From an uncultured Pseudomonadota bacterium (lineage in GTDB: Bacteria > Pseudomonadota > Alphaproteobacteria > Rs-D84), in assembly GCA_946613885.1 (NCBI GenBank), contig CAMOGA010000004.1:3205-67204 (forward strand): 64,000 nt of DNA, written 5' to 3'. Of the stretch, positions 45,296 to 55,139 are shown one piece after another. A model generated the notes under the pieces. It was not told the origin of the DNA, ran no database searches, and saw only the letters and a program-made list of their open reading frames with translations. The position numbers and the translations under genes are program-made. The number at the start of each line of letters is the position of its first letter. Positions within the stretch are counted from its first letter, which is position 1.

Positions 45296-46339
45296 TTAAT
45301 TATTTTCTGATACGTTTTTGACAACACGCGTATTAATTCTGCCAACGGTTAAAACAGACGGTATTTCTATATTACTGCCGTTTCCAAACGACAATTTTAT
45401 TGACACTGCCTTACAATCATCGGCTTTTGTTTTCCCGGTCCCATTTGTCGTTGTTCCCGATGGACATGAGATACAAGACGATGCACCAGTACCTGAGAAA
45501 GTTCCAATTGGGCATATATAATCATTATTATCAACACTGTTGGGTTTGCAACTATTATTTCTATTACTCCCAGTCATCCCAGTGTTTGGACAATAATATC
45601 CTGCAAGACACGAAACACATGATTCAGCGCCAGCCCATGAACATGTGCCAACAGAACAGGCAATTGACATCCCATTTCCAGAACAATATGACCCCGCAGG
45701 ACATTGTTCACAAACACCATTTAACATATAATGTCCCGTATTGCACGCAATACAATCATTATGTTCAGCATTTGCAAAATTACCGGTTGCACACGTTTGG
45801 CACACATTGTTATTGTCATAATATTCTGTTAATCCATCACATACCACACATTGTGTATGGTCTGAATTCGAATACGGTGTTTCACCATCACATTGTGTAC
45901 ATTGCACCGCACCAGCATCGGATATTTCGGCACCCTGACAAGAATTTATATTGCCATCACCATTACAATACGACCCCGCAGGACATTGTTCACAAACACC
46001 ATTTAACATATAATGCCCCGCATTGCATGCAACACAACCGTTATGATTTGTATTTGCAAATTTTCCAGATTCACACGTTTGACACACATTGTTGTTATCA
46101 TGATATTTTGTTAATCCATCACATGCCACACATTGTGTATATGTTGAATCTGAATATGGTGCATCATCTGGACACAGTTGCGGTGCGTTTGTGCCGTCAC
46201 ATGAATACCCACCGGGACATGTTTCGCAAACACCGCCATTATCATATTCACCCACATCACATGCAAATACACCATATATACCACCAACGGATACACATAC
46301 AAACATTATCCCAGACAAAAAACATTTCCATAAATGCAT
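45296..46339 (-). CDS. Secreted CxxC-repeat protein (347 aa, 38 Cys, 12 CxxC motifs)
   Basis: N-terminal hydrophobic signal/anchor, then repeated C-x2-C-x-[AG]-G-x-Y modules. Own promoter and SD. Confidence 0.8.
   Translation of the reverse strand: MHLWKCFLSGIMFVCVSVGGIYGVFACDVGEYDNGGVCETCPGGYSCDGTNAPQLCPDDAPYSDSTYTQCVACDGLTKYHDNNNVCQTCESGKFANTNHNGCVACNAGHYMLNGVCEQCPAGSYCNGDGNINSCQGAEISDAGAVQCTQCDGETPYSNSDHTQCVVCDGLTEYYDNNNVCQTCATGNFANAEHNDCIACNTGHYMLNGVCEQCPAGSYCSGNGMSIACSVGTCSWAGAESCVSCLAGYYCPNTGMTGSNRNNSCKPNSVDNNDYICPIGTFSGTGASSCISCPSGTTTNGTGKTKADDCKAVSIKLSFGNGSNIEIPSVLTVGRINTRVVKNVSENN
45653..46174 (-). repeat. Tandem duplication with 282-bp (94-aa) period inside the 347-aa gene
   Basis: ccccgcaggacattgttcacaaacaccatttaacatataatg occurs at 45692 and again at 45974. 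At the protein level, CPDDAPYSDSTYTQCVAC... parallels CDGETPYSNSDHTQCVVC... Confidence 0.8.
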
Positions 46340-46372
46340 GGATAAATCGCCTTTCCTAATATCTCAGGAAAT

Positions 46373-46401
46373 ATCATAGCAATATAAAAAAAATCATGCA
46401 A
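46373..46401 (-). promoter_or_regulatory. Predicted promoter (TTGCAT-17-TGcTATGAT) of the 347-aa gene
   Basis: Minus strand: TTGCAT (46401-46396) and TATGAT (46378-46373). Confidence 0.4.
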
Positions 46402-46410
46402 CAAAAAACA

Positions 46411-48069
46411 TCAAAGTTCAGATGCCTCAAACAATGTCTTGCGGATACCGGCGTTCGTTTTAACCGCATCGGCACAGTGTTTTGCACACGCAGTTTCACA
46501 AAACGGTAAAGCCACAGGATTCACCATTACCCACTTCTGGGTAGGTTTGATTTTGCAGCCATTAATGGTAAAATCTGCCCCGCTTGAAGAACAAGAACAC
46601 TTTTTATCATTACAACTGGCACTGCCTGTTAAAATTCCACCATGATAAGTGACAGACCATGTATTGCCACTAGAAGTGGCCATAACTCCGGACAAAGCGA
46701 GTGCCCTGTCACACCCCCTCCCGACATAAGCATTTGATGCATCGCGTGACTTATTCGTATTTACTGCAATCTTTGCACATTTCCCGTTCACCACATTGTA
46801 CCCATGTTTACAGTCTGTGGCACGACAAGACCAATCTATACGACCATTATTATTAGCACATTCACATTGTGCTTTGGACACAGATTCATCTAGGCGATAC
46901 CCATAACTGGATTGGCAATATAAGAACCTGTTATCGTCACAATCCACATCTATTTTTGCCCCCAAATCAAAGGTTTCGTAATCATCACCAAAAAAATGAC
47001 TGCATACATCTTTTGTTGACCCTTCTTTTACACAATTCGTATCCTCCTGTTGTATCCAGCCATCTTTACAGTGAGAGATATAACAGACCCACCCCACAGG
47101 GGTACACTTGCAATATCCGTCCCCGAAACCAGATGTATCATATAATATTGCTAACCCTGTACAATCTGTATCATCTGTAAAACAATTAAAATCTATGCGT
47201 TCGTCCTTCTTATATTCTTTGCCCTTGAATATACATTGGTCGGTATTATGGTTATTATTTGCCGATGTTTTTTTATTTTCTGATGTCTTTTTATTTTCTG
47301 ATGTCTTTTTTACGCATTTTGTTTTGTCTGATGATGGGGTATAAGGTTTGGCACATGCTGTCACCTCACATTTTTCACCGTGTTTTACCGCACGTATAAC
47401 ATTTTCATCCGTTTTCTGCGCATCTGCGGTGCAATCGGTTTCAGTATCAACAACATTTAATTCACAATGTTGTTTATCTGAGGTTGGTTGATACCCGGTA
47501 TCGCATTCTATGATTTCACATGTTTCGCCGTTCTTGGTCGCTTTTGTGACATTTTCATCTTTCGCCTTTGCTTCATCCGTACAATCCGTTGTATCTGTGG
47601 GCTGAACAGTCGTTGGTTGCTGCGGTTGTGTCACAGTTATTACAACACACGCCCCATTTTGATACACTTTGCCTGTTTCATTACATGTGCAAGTGCTATT
47701 ATTATATGTTCCACCTGCCCGTTCACATTGTTCACGTAGTATTTGTTCCGCCGCAGCCAGACGTTTTTGTTCTTCTAATTTTTTTATATTTTCTTGGGTA
47801 TCTGATATTTGTTTGTCTGTTTTTTCTATCTTTTTATCATAATCTTTTTGCGTGTTTGACAATGCAATATTACCGGCAACACCGACCGCAGTTAATCCCA
47901 ATGTTGATATACCAGCAATTTTCCATCCATTTATATTACCACTGCATTTTTCCAATTCAGCCATCTTTTGTTGTTTTTCCGCAACCAATTGATTATAACG
48001 CGCACTGGCCCCAAATACGTATGTTGGGATGATTGCCATCATTAATGAAATTAATATGCATTTCTTCAT
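46411..48069 (-). CDS. Cysteine-rich secreted/membrane-anchored protein (552 aa) with coiled coil and internal repeats
   Basis: Signal peptide ending ..VFGA|SAR, Gly-rich hydrophobic helix (WKIAGISTLGLTAVGVAGNIAL), coiled coil, then a Cys-rich region. Confidence 0.8.
   Translation of the reverse strand: MKKCILISLMMAIIPTYVFGASARYNQLVAEKQQKMAELEKCSGNINGWKIAGISTLGLTAVGVAGNIALSNTQKDYDKKIEKTDKQISDTQENIKKLEEQKRLAAAEQILREQCERAGGTYNNSTCTCNETGKVYQNGACVVITVTQPQQPTTVQPTDTTDCTDEAKAKDENVTKATKNGETCEIIECDTGYQPTSDKQHCELNVVDTETDCTADAQKTDENVIRAVKHGEKCEVTACAKPYTPSSDKTKCVKKTSENKKTSENKKTSANNNHNTDQCIFKGKEYKKDERIDFNCFTDDTDCTGLAILYDTSGFGDGYCKCTPVGWVCYISHCKDGWIQQEDTNCVKEGSTKDVCSHFFGDDYETFDLGAKIDVDCDDNRFLYCQSSYGYRLDESVSKAQCECANNNGRIDWSCRATDCKHGYNVVNGKCAKIAVNTNKSRDASNAYVGRGCDRALALSGVMATSSGNTWSVTYHGGILTGSASCNDKKCSCSSSGADFTINGCKIKPTQKWVMVNPVALPFCETACAKHCADAVKTNAGIRKTLFEASEL
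47262..47318 (-). repeat. Three 18-bp tandem repeats encoding (KKTSEN)3
   Basis: tgatgtctttttattttc is repeated; the protein reads KKTSENKKTSENKKTSAN. Confidence 0.8.
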
Positions 48070-48090
48070 TTGGGAATTCCTTACCGCGCT

Positions 48091-48099
48091 ATTATATCA
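48091..48099 (-). promoter_or_regulatory. Extended -10 element (TGATATAAT) upstream of the 552-aa gene
   Basis: Minus-strand TGATATAAT, weak -35, AAGGA SD 9 nt before the ATG. Confidence 0.35.
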
Positions 48100-48129
48100 G
48101 ATTTTACATACTGAAAAAAGGAATAAATT

Positions 48130-48161
48130 AAAAAAAAATGGGTTGCCCTGTTGGCAACCCA
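48130..48161 (-). terminator. Strong rho-independent terminator immediately after rpsK
   Basis: Minus strand: TGGGTTGCC-aacag-GGCAACCCA (9-bp GC-rich stem) followed by T9. Confidence 0.7.
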
Positions 48162-48181
48162 AATAAATAATACACAAATTA

Positions 48182-48565
48182 TTATACGCGACGTACTTTC
48201 TTTGGACGGCACCCGTTGTGTGGAATACGTGTTGTATCTGTGATTGATTGAATTACCAATCCGGCATTTGCCAAACCACGTACTGCTGATTCACGACCTT
48301 GACCAATTCCGCGCATTAAAACATCAACTGTTTGCATTCCCATTTCAGCGACTTTTTTACCAACTGCATCTGCAACAACTGTCGCGGCATATGGTGTTGA
48401 TTTTTTTGCACCCTTGAAATTATTAGCCCCTGCGGTTGCCCATGTTAATACGGCGCCCGTTTGGTCTGTGATTGTGATACGTGTATTGTTATTAGTTGCA
48501 ACCACATGCGCAATTCCATGTGATACTTTTTTAACAACTTTCTTTTTTGATTTTGTAATTGCCAT
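48182..48565 (-). CDS. rpsK: 30S ribosomal protein S11
   Basis: Conserved sequence (ATAGANNFKGAKKSTPYAA...IPHNGCRPKK) and operon position. Confidence 0.95.
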   Translation of the reverse strand: MAITKSKKKVVKKVSHGIAHVVATNNNTRITITDQTGAVLTWATAGANNFKGAKKSTPYAATVVADAVGKKVAEMGMQTVDVLMRGIGQGRESAVRGLANAGLVIQSITDTTRIPHNGCRPKKVRRV

Positions 48566-48624
48566 TTATTTTTCCTTTTAGATGTCTTCAATTAACTATC
48601 GTGTTAATCTCTACCCAATTAATT

Positions 48625-49002
48625 TTATTTACCCTTGGTCGCAGAACCCGCAACAACAACGCGTTTACCCTTACGAGTACGGGCGTTAGTTTGTGTACGT
48701 TGACCACGAACTGGCAAACGGTTACGATGACGAACACCGCGATAAGTTTTTAAATCTTGCAAACGTTTAATATTCATTGCAACTTCGCGACGAACATCAC
48801 CTTCTACTTTGAAGTTTTGTTCAATATAATTTGAAATTTTGATAACATCTTCGTCTGTCAAATCTTTTGCGCGCAGACCGTCTTTCAATTTTAACGCAGA
48901 ACAAATCTGTGCAGATTTTGCCGGCCCAATACCATGAATGTATTGCAACGCAATTTCAATGCGTTTTTCGGACGGGATGTTAACACCTGCTATACGTGCC
49001 AT
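48625..49002 (-). CDS. rpsM: 30S ribosomal protein S13
   Basis: [26 protein letters not shown]... Confidence 0.95.
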   Translation of the reverse strand: MARIAGVNIPSEKRIEIALQYIHGIGPAKSAQICSALKLKDGLRAKDLTDEDVIKISNYIEQNFKVEGDVRREVAMNIKRLQDLKTYRGVRHRNRLPVRGQRTQTNARTRKGKRVVVAGSATKGK

Positions 49003-49169
49003 CTTTTATTTTCCTTTTTTCTTGCTTGTCATCCTTAACATTGGTCAAAGATGATATCTGTTTATACGAATGTTTCCATTCAACCCTGCACCCAAAATCC
49101 ACACGTTTTTTGAATGCATCTCGATTTTTATTTGGTAAATATAAAAAACCAAATAAAAATCAAATCTTG

Positions 49170-50486
49170 TTAACCGCGAAAACGGCCTTTCTTGGTTGCG
49201 TGATTTACAACGCCAGTGTATTGTTTTTCAACCAAATAAGATTTTATCTGATTCATCGTATCCAATACCACACCGGCCACGATTAAAACACTGGTTCCGC
49301 CAATTATTACCGGCATACCACCACGTGTGTTCAATATAATCGGTAAAACACACACAACAATCAAATACACAACACCAATTGCCGTCACATGAGATACAAC
49401 ATCATCTAAATAATGCATTGTTTGTTCACCTGGACGAACACCCGGTATATAACCACCCATGTTTTTCAAATTAGTACTGGTTTCTTCACTGTTGAAAACG
49501 ACAGCTGTTTGGAAATAAGCAAAGAACGCGATTAATACCGTATACAATATCATATAAGACCATGTTCCATACGTAAAGAATCCCAATATGTTTTGTACAA
49601 CCAAATTTTCGCTTTGCACAAAACGTTGTATGAATGCCGGCAACATCATAATAGATGCAGCAAACACAGGTCCCATAACACCAGACATGTTCACCTTAAT
49701 CGGTAAATAAGAAACGTTAGTATTCATAACACCGTTTGCCATTGCCTGACGCGGATATAAAATTTGAATACGACGTTGTGCCTGTTCCATAAAGGCAATC
49801 AATGCGATAATACCAACCACAAATCCCAGAACCAACGCAATCATTGCAGGTGACATTTGACCAACACCCGCCAATGAAAATAATTTTGCAATTCCACCTG
49901 GAACTTCTGCGATAATACCGGCAAAAATCAACAACGAAGCACCCTGTCCTATGCCACGTGCGGTAATCTGTTCAGCCAACCACATTACGAACACAGTTCC
50001 GCCAACCAACGCGACAATTGCAGACAATTCAAATGCAAATCCAGGATTTGCAACCGCCGCTATACCGTTCACAGGTGCCATTGATTCCAAACTGCGAACA
50101 ATAGCCCATCCCTGAACGACAGCCAACAATACCGCCAAATAACGTGTATATTGGTTGATTTTAATACGACCAGATTCGCCTTCTTTGCGTAAATCCATCA
50201 AAGATTTACTGGTTGCGGTTAATAATTGAATAACGATAGACGCAGAAATGTATGGGAAAATATTCAATGCCAAAACCGACATACGAGACAAAGATCCACC
50301 AGAAAACATATCGAACATGCCCATCATACCATTATCGCCATTAAATAAATGCAAAACCGCACTGGCATTAACGCCCGGCAACGGTATAAAAGAACCAATA
50401 CGATACACAATCAACGCACCCAATGCAAACATAATGCGTTTTTGTAAATCTGTTGGATTCTTGAATATATTTTTCCAGAATTTCAT
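49170..50486 (-). CDS. secY: Preprotein translocase subunit SecY
   Basis: 10-TM protein in the canonical position after rplO. Confidence 0.95.
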   Translation of the reverse strand: MKFWKNIFKNPTDLQKRIMFALGALIVYRIGSFIPLPGVNASAVLHLFNGDNGMMGMFDMFSGGSLSRMSVLALNIFPYISASIVIQLLTATSKSLMDLRKEGESGRIKINQYTRYLAVLLAVVQGWAIVRSLESMAPVNGIAAVANPGFAFELSAIVALVGGTVFVMWLAEQITARGIGQGASLLIFAGIIAEVPGGIAKLFSLAGVGQMSPAMIALVLGFVVGIIALIAFMEQAQRRIQILYPRQAMANGVMNTNVSYLPIKVNMSGVMGPVFAASIMMLPAFIQRFVQSENLVVQNILGFFTYGTWSYMILYTVLIAFFAYFQTAVVFNSEETSTNLKNMGGYIPGVRPGEQTMHYLDDVVSHVTAIGVVYLIVVCVLPIILNTRGGMPVIIGGTSVLIVAGVVLDTMNQIKSYLVEKQYTGVVNHATKKGRFRG

Positions 50487-50506
50487 GCGAATATCTTTTT
50501 ATTTAA

Positions 50507-50965
50507 TTATTTAGATTTGATTGTTCCGCCTGCTTTGACGATTGCTGCCTCAGCCGATTTAGACCATTTATCCGCAACAATATTCACCGCAGATTTAATT
50601 TCACCTTTGGCCAAAATTTTTAAACCATCTAATCTGCGGTTCAAAATTTTTGCATTTATCAAAGAATCCAAATTGATTTCTTTGGCTGCATCAATTTTGC
50701 CAGACGCGATAAATTTTTCAATATCGCCCAAATTGATAGTCACATATTCTTTATGGAAAGGATTATTAAAACCAAATTTTGGAAAACGACGTAAAATTGG
50801 CATTTGTCCACCCTGGAACGTTGCCTGTTTACGAGAACCTGCACGAGCTTTTTGACCCTTGGTTCCACGGCCGGCTGTTTTACCATAACCAGATGCCATA
50901 CCACGACCAACACGTTTCACATCTTTACGTGCACCAAAATTATCCATCAGAGCATTTAATTTCAT
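50507..50965 (-). CDS. rplO: 50S ribosomal protein L15
   Basis: GRGMASGYGKTAGRGTKGQKAR motif. Confidence 0.95.
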   Translation of the reverse strand: MKLNALMDNFGARKDVKRVGRGMASGYGKTAGRGTKGQKARAGSRKQATFQGGQMPILRRFPKFGFNNPFHKEYVTINLGDIEKFIASGKIDAAKEINLDSLINAKILNRRLDGLKILAKGEIKSAVNIVADKWSKSAEAAIVKAGGTIKSK

Positions 50966-51049
50966 TTCTTTTTCCTTTTTGTCCTAGGGACTACATCAAT
51001 ATAGTCCGTTTCGCATATAATACAAGATTATACACTCGGTTAATTTTAA

Positions 51050-51610
51050 TTATTTTGATTCTTCTTCAACTGGTGTTTCTAATTTTTTACCATCACGACC
51101 AGCGATGATTTCTGCCACCGTTTTACCACGACGCGCAGCCACTGTTTTTGGAGAATTCATTTTTTCAAATGCCAAAAATGCCGCACGAATCATGTTGTTT
51201 GGATTGTTAGAACCCTGGGATTTAACCACAACGTCTTGAACACCCAAACATTCAAATACAGCACGCAACGCACCACCAGCGATAATACCAGTACCTGGAA
51301 CAGCACTGCGGACAACCAATTTGCTGGCGCCATATTTTGCAGAACTGTCATGGTGCAATGTACGACCTTCTTTTAACGGAACGCGAATCATTTTTGCCTT
51401 GGCTGCTTTTGTTGCTTTCTGAACAGCAGATTGAACTTCCAATGCTTTACCTTTGCCAAATCCAACCATACCTGATTTGTCCCCAACAACAACCAACGCT
51501 GAAAAAGACATATTACGTCCGCCCTTCACTGTTTTTGAAACGCGGTTGATAGAAACTAATTTGTCTACCAAATTATCAGATTGTAATTTTTTATCATCAA
51601 AACGTGCCAT
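51050..51610 (-). CDS. rpsE: 30S ribosomal protein S5
   Basis: [12 protein letters not shown] motif. ATG 51610 (MARFDD) is preceded by a GGAG SD. The alternative start is 51625. Confidence 0.93.
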   Translation of the reverse strand: MARFDDKKLQSDNLVDKLVSINRVSKTVKGGRNMSFSALVVVGDKSGMVGFGKGKALEVQSAVQKATKAAKAKMIRVPLKEGRTLHHDSSAKYGASKLVVRSAVPGTGIIAGGALRAVFECLGVQDVVVKSQGSNNPNNMIRAAFLAFEKMNSPKTVAARRGKTVAEIIAGRDGKKLETPVEEESK

Positions 51611-51628
51611 TGTTTTACGCTCCATTTA

Positions 51629-51985
51629 TTAAATTTTCATACCGTTTGCGCGCATAGAATCGCCCAAAGCTTTCACACGACCATGATATAAATAACGACC
51701 ACGATCGAAATAATAATTGTCTTTAATACCTGCCTTGGCCATACGTTCTGCAAAAATTTTGCCAACCATTTCAGCCCCAGCGATATTCCAGCCCTGACCT
51801 TTGAAATCTTTTTCTTTTGAAGATGCCGCACACAATGTGTGTCCTTTGACATCATCAATGGCCTGGATTTCAATGTGACGATCCGAACGGAATACTGACA
51901 AACGAATCTTGCCAGGATTCTTTCTTTTCAATGCGCCGCGATTTGCCAACGCACGTCTTTCTTCAGAAGATAAATGTCTTAACAT
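51629..51985 (-). CDS. rplR: 50S ribosomal protein L18
   Basis: Conserved sequence and operon order. Confidence 0.95.
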   Translation of the reverse strand: MLRHLSSEERRALANRGALKRKNPGKIRLSVFRSDRHIEIQAIDDVKGHTLCAASSKEKDFKGQGWNIAGAEMVGKIFAERMAKAGIKDNYYFDRGRYLYHGRVKALGDSMRANGMKI

Positions 51986-52033
51986 TTTATTTTTCCTTTG
52001 TTCATCTCCCGTAACAGCGGGATATTATTTTAA

Positions 52034-52585
52034 TTATTTCTTTTTGCCTTCTTTACGACGGACATATTCGTCTTTATAGAAGATACCTTTACCTTTGTAT
52101 GGGTCTGCTTTGCGGATTTTGTGGATTTTATCAGCAAATTGTCCCAACAAATTTTTATCAGTTCCAGAAATTGTAAATTCTGTTGGTGTTTCACCCATCG
52201 TAACGGTCAAACCAGCCGGTATTTCCATAACAACATCATGAGAAAAACCAACAACCAATGTAAAGATATTACCTTTTACAGATGCTTTGTAACCAACACC
52301 CTTCATATACATTGCCTTAGAAAAACCTTCGGACACACCCTGAACAGCCGCCTTGATATTGCGGGTCATTGTTCCCCACATTGCGCGGGATGTTTTTTCT
52401 TCGGCATCTTTTGGTGTCACAACAACATGACCGTTTTCAATTTTTATATCAACCAAATTGGCATTTTTAGTATCCAAAGATACATGTATTTCACCCTTTG
52501 GCCCTTTGACCACCACGGCGTTATCCGTCAATTCAACCGATACGCCATTTTTAATTTCTACTGGATATTTTCCTGCACGAGACAT
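52034..52585 (-). CDS. rplF: 50S ribosomal protein L6
   Basis: MSRAGKYPVEIKNGVSVEL... and operon order. Confidence 0.95.
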   Translation of the reverse strand: MSRAGKYPVEIKNGVSVELTDNAVVVKGPKGEIHVSLDTKNANLVDIKIENGHVVVTPKDAEEKTSRAMWGTMTRNIKAAVQGVSEGFSKAMYMKGVGYKASVKGNIFTLVVGFSHDVVMEIPAGLTVTMGETPTEFTISGTDKNLLGQFADKIHKIRKADPYKGKGIFYKDEYVRRKEGKKK

Positions 52586-52601
52586 AACGATTTCCTTTTA
52601 A

Positions 52602-53000
52602 TTAGATAACTTTACATAAAACTTCACCGCCGACATTCATCAAGCGCGCCTTGTGATCGGTCATAACGCCATTTGGTGTAGACACAATTGCAATTCCTAA
52701 TCCGTTCAAAACACGTGGCATTTTTGCACAAGATGCATACACACGACGTCCTGGTTTAGAAACTGTCTTAATTTCTTGGATTGCACCATTACCGTTCACA
52801 TATTTTAATTCAATAACCAAATTGGTGCGTTTATCATCAATTTGTTCTTGACGAAAATCAGTTATAAAACCTTCGTCTTTCAAAACATTCAACACCGCAA
52901 CACGCAATTTGCTGTTTGGAACGGTGACGAATTCTTTACCTGCATTTTGACCATTGCGGATGCGGGTAATCATATCTCCGATTGGATGTGATAATGACAT
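52602..53000 (-). CDS. rpsH: 30S ribosomal protein S8
   Basis: DMITRIRNGQNA motif. Confidence 0.95.
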   Translation of the reverse strand: MSLSHPIGDMITRIRNGQNAGKEFVTVPNSKLRVAVLNVLKDEGFITDFRQEQIDDKRTNLVIELKYVNGNGAIQEIKTVSKPGRRVYASCAKMPRVLNGLGIAIVSTPNGVMTDHKARLMNVGGEVLCKVI

Positions 53001-53073
53001 ATTTTACTCCTTAGGTTGCAAGAATTTCTTCCTGCGCTTGGGCTGCATTGTCCACAGCCTGCCTTGTTAATTT

Positions 53074-53376
53074 TTACCAGCTGGATTTACGTACACCTGG
53101 TAATTTACCTTCTGACGCCATTGTGCGAACCTGTTGGCGGCACAAACCGAACAAACGGAAAAATCCGCGTGCACGACCTGTGACAGAACAACGATTGCGT
53201 AAACGCGTTTTGCTTGAATTACGTGGCAATTTTGCCATTTTTTTCATAGCATCCATACGTTCTTCTGGTGTCGCAGTACGAGACATCTTTGCTTTCAATT
53301 CAGCACGTTTATGTGCATATCTTTTCACTTTTTTTGCACGTGCTTCATTTTTATTTATCAATGCTAATTTAGCCAT
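53074..53376 (-). CDS. rpsN: 30S ribosomal protein S14 (long form)
   Basis: [21 protein letters not shown]... ending in W. Confidence 0.95.
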   Translation of the reverse strand: MAKLALINKNEARAKKVKRYAHKRAELKAKMSRTATPEERMDAMKKMAKLPRNSSKTRLRNRCSVTGRARGFFRLFGLCRQQVRTMASEGKLPGVRKSSW

Positions 53377-53394
53377 CTTATTTTCCTTAGTTAA

Positions 53395-53940
53395 TTATTT
53401 CAAAACCAATGGCAGGCCGATTTTTGTCAGCAATGCACGGGCTTCATCATCTGTTTTTGCTGTTGTCACAATGACGATATCCATACCACGGATAGCATCA
53501 ATTTTATCAACAGAAATTTCTGGGAATATCAAATGTTCTTTGATACCGAACGCATAATTTCCACGACCATCAAATTTAGATTTGGACAATCCACGGAAAT
53601 CTTTCACACGTGGCAATGCTACTGTGATTAATTTATCCAAGAAATCATACATTCTTTTGCCACGCAAAGTCACTTTGGTTCCAATCGCTTGACCTTCACG
53701 TAAACGATATGTAGCAATAGATTTCTTTGCATGTGTGATGATTGATTTTTGTGCAGCAATCGCTGTCAAATCAGCGGCCGCGCTGTCCAATTTCTTTTTG
53801 TCAGAAACCGCTTCGCCGACACCCATGTTCAAAACGATTTTGGTCAATTTTGGCACAGCGAACGTATTTTTGTACCCGAATTCTTTAATCAATTCAGGAA
53901 CAATATTTTTTTCATAAATTTCACGCAATCTGCTTTGCAT
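53395..53940 (-). CDS. rplE: 50S ribosomal protein L5
   Basis: Conserved sequence and operon order. Confidence 0.95.
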   Translation of the reverse strand: MQSRLREIYEKNIVPELIKEFGYKNTFAVPKLTKIVLNMGVGEAVSDKKKLDSAAADLTAIAAQKSIITHAKKSIATYRLREGQAIGTKVTLRGKRMYDFLDKLITVALPRVKDFRGLSKSKFDGRGNYAFGIKEHLIFPEISVDKIDAIRGMDIVIVTTAKTDDEARALLTKIGLPLVLK

Positions 53941-53988
53941 TTTTGTTACCTTTTCGTTATCGATTCCGTAACAGCGGAATCATTTGGT

Positions 53989-54291
53989 TTAGATTTGTGT
54001 TCCAGATTTTTTTGAAACGCGAACTTTTTTGTCGCCTTCCATTTTGTATCCGACACGTGTTGGTTTTTTTGTTTTTGGATCAACCAACGCAACATTAGAT
54101 ACATGGATTGGAGCTTCGCGATCAACGATGTGACCTGGTTGTTCTTGTGTTGGTTTAATGTGCCATTTATGACGATTGACACCTTCGACCACTACACGGG
54201 ATTCACTTGGGCGTGCCTGTAATACTTTACCTTTGACGCCTTTGTATTTTCCCGAAATTACTACGACTTCATCGCCTTTCTTAATTTTCAT
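53989..54291 (-). CDS. rplX: 50S ribosomal protein L24
   Basis: [21 protein letters not shown] motif. Confidence 0.95.
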   Translation of the reverse strand: MKIKKGDEVVVISGKYKGVKGKVLQARPSESRVVVEGVNRHKWHIKPTQEQPGHIVDREAPIHVSNVALVDPKTKKPTRVGYKMEGDKKVRVSKKSGTQI

Positions 54292-54318
54292 TTTTACGCC
54301 TTTTTGTTGTCAAAAGTA

Positions 54319-54693
54319 TTATATTACCTCTGGTGCCAAAGACACAATTTTCTGAACGTCGTATTTACGACGAACTTCACGTGCAATTGGGCCAAAAATA
54401 CGTGTTCCGATTGGTTCAAAGTTGTTTTTGTTAATCAAAACAACCGCATTATCATCAAAACGGATGATTGAACCATCAGGACGTTTAATTGGGAATTTTG
54501 TTCTGACGATAATAGCACGTTGAACAGTACCCTTTTGAACCTTGCCACGTGGAATGGCATCTTTGATTGCGACAACAATTTTGTCGCCAACTGTTGCATA
54601 ACGACGATGAGAACCGCCCAATACCTTGATGCACATTGCTTTACGTGCACCGGAATTATCTGCAACTGTCATAACTGTTTCATTTTGTATCAT
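54319..54693 (-). CDS. rplN: 50S ribosomal protein L14
   Basis: [33 protein letters not shown]. The track start is an upstream GTG. Confidence 0.95.
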   Translation of the reverse strand: MIQNETVMTVADNSGARKAMCIKVLGGSHRRYATVGDKIVVAIKDAIPRGKVQKGTVQRAIIVRTKFPIKRPDGSIIRFDDNAVVLINKNNFEPIGTRIFGPIAREVRRKYDVQKIVSLAPEVI

Positions 54694-54806
54694 AACTTTT
54701 TCCTTAATCCTGCAAGCGAGGCAATCCCCCACTGCTTTGTTATCGGGTTTCGACTGATTTGGGTAATCTCTGCACCCAAATCCTCAAAAAACCCACCCGG
54801 TTTTAT

Positions 54807-55073
54807 TTAGTCAACATTAACAGAATTGTCTTTGCTGACACCAACACGACCCTTTACAACCCAAGATTTTGTCTTGGAAATCGGACGGTGTTCTTCAATA
54901 GCAACGATTTCACCAACCTTATATTCGTTGTTTTCATCGTGTGCCTTGTATTTTTTGTTCTGCTTAACGAACTTACCATACAACGGATGACGGAAACGGC
55001 GTTCTACTTCTACAACCACAGTTTTGTCATTTGCTGTACTTTTCACAGTTCCTTGCAGTATACGTCTTGGCAT
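54807..55073 (-). CDS. rpsQ: 30S ribosomal protein S17
   Basis: Conserved sequence and operon order. Confidence 0.95.
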   Translation of the reverse strand: MPRRILQGTVKSTANDKTVVVEVERRFRHPLYGKFVKQNKKYKAHDENNEYKVGEIVAIEEHRPISKTKSWVVKGRVGVSKDNSVNVD

Positions 55074-55139
55074 AACTTTGTCCTTTTTTGTTTTCGACCT
55101 ATGATTTTACACTAAAAAAATCAAAAGTCAAAGATTTAG

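Noticed and set aside
45400-46359. 319-aa plus-strand ORF overlapping the 347-aa minus-strand gene
   Set aside because: It is a shadow ORF. Its H/Y/Q/N-rich composition is odd and it has no SD or signal. The minus-strand frame has a signal peptide, a promoter, an SD and a regular CxxC periodicity.
49003-49169. Possible rpmJ, adk or infA remnant in the secY-rpsM spacer
   Set aside because: The only ORF is 24 codons (MHSKNVWILGAGLNGNIRINRYHL), with no similarity to L36, Adk or IF-1. infA is at 22151.
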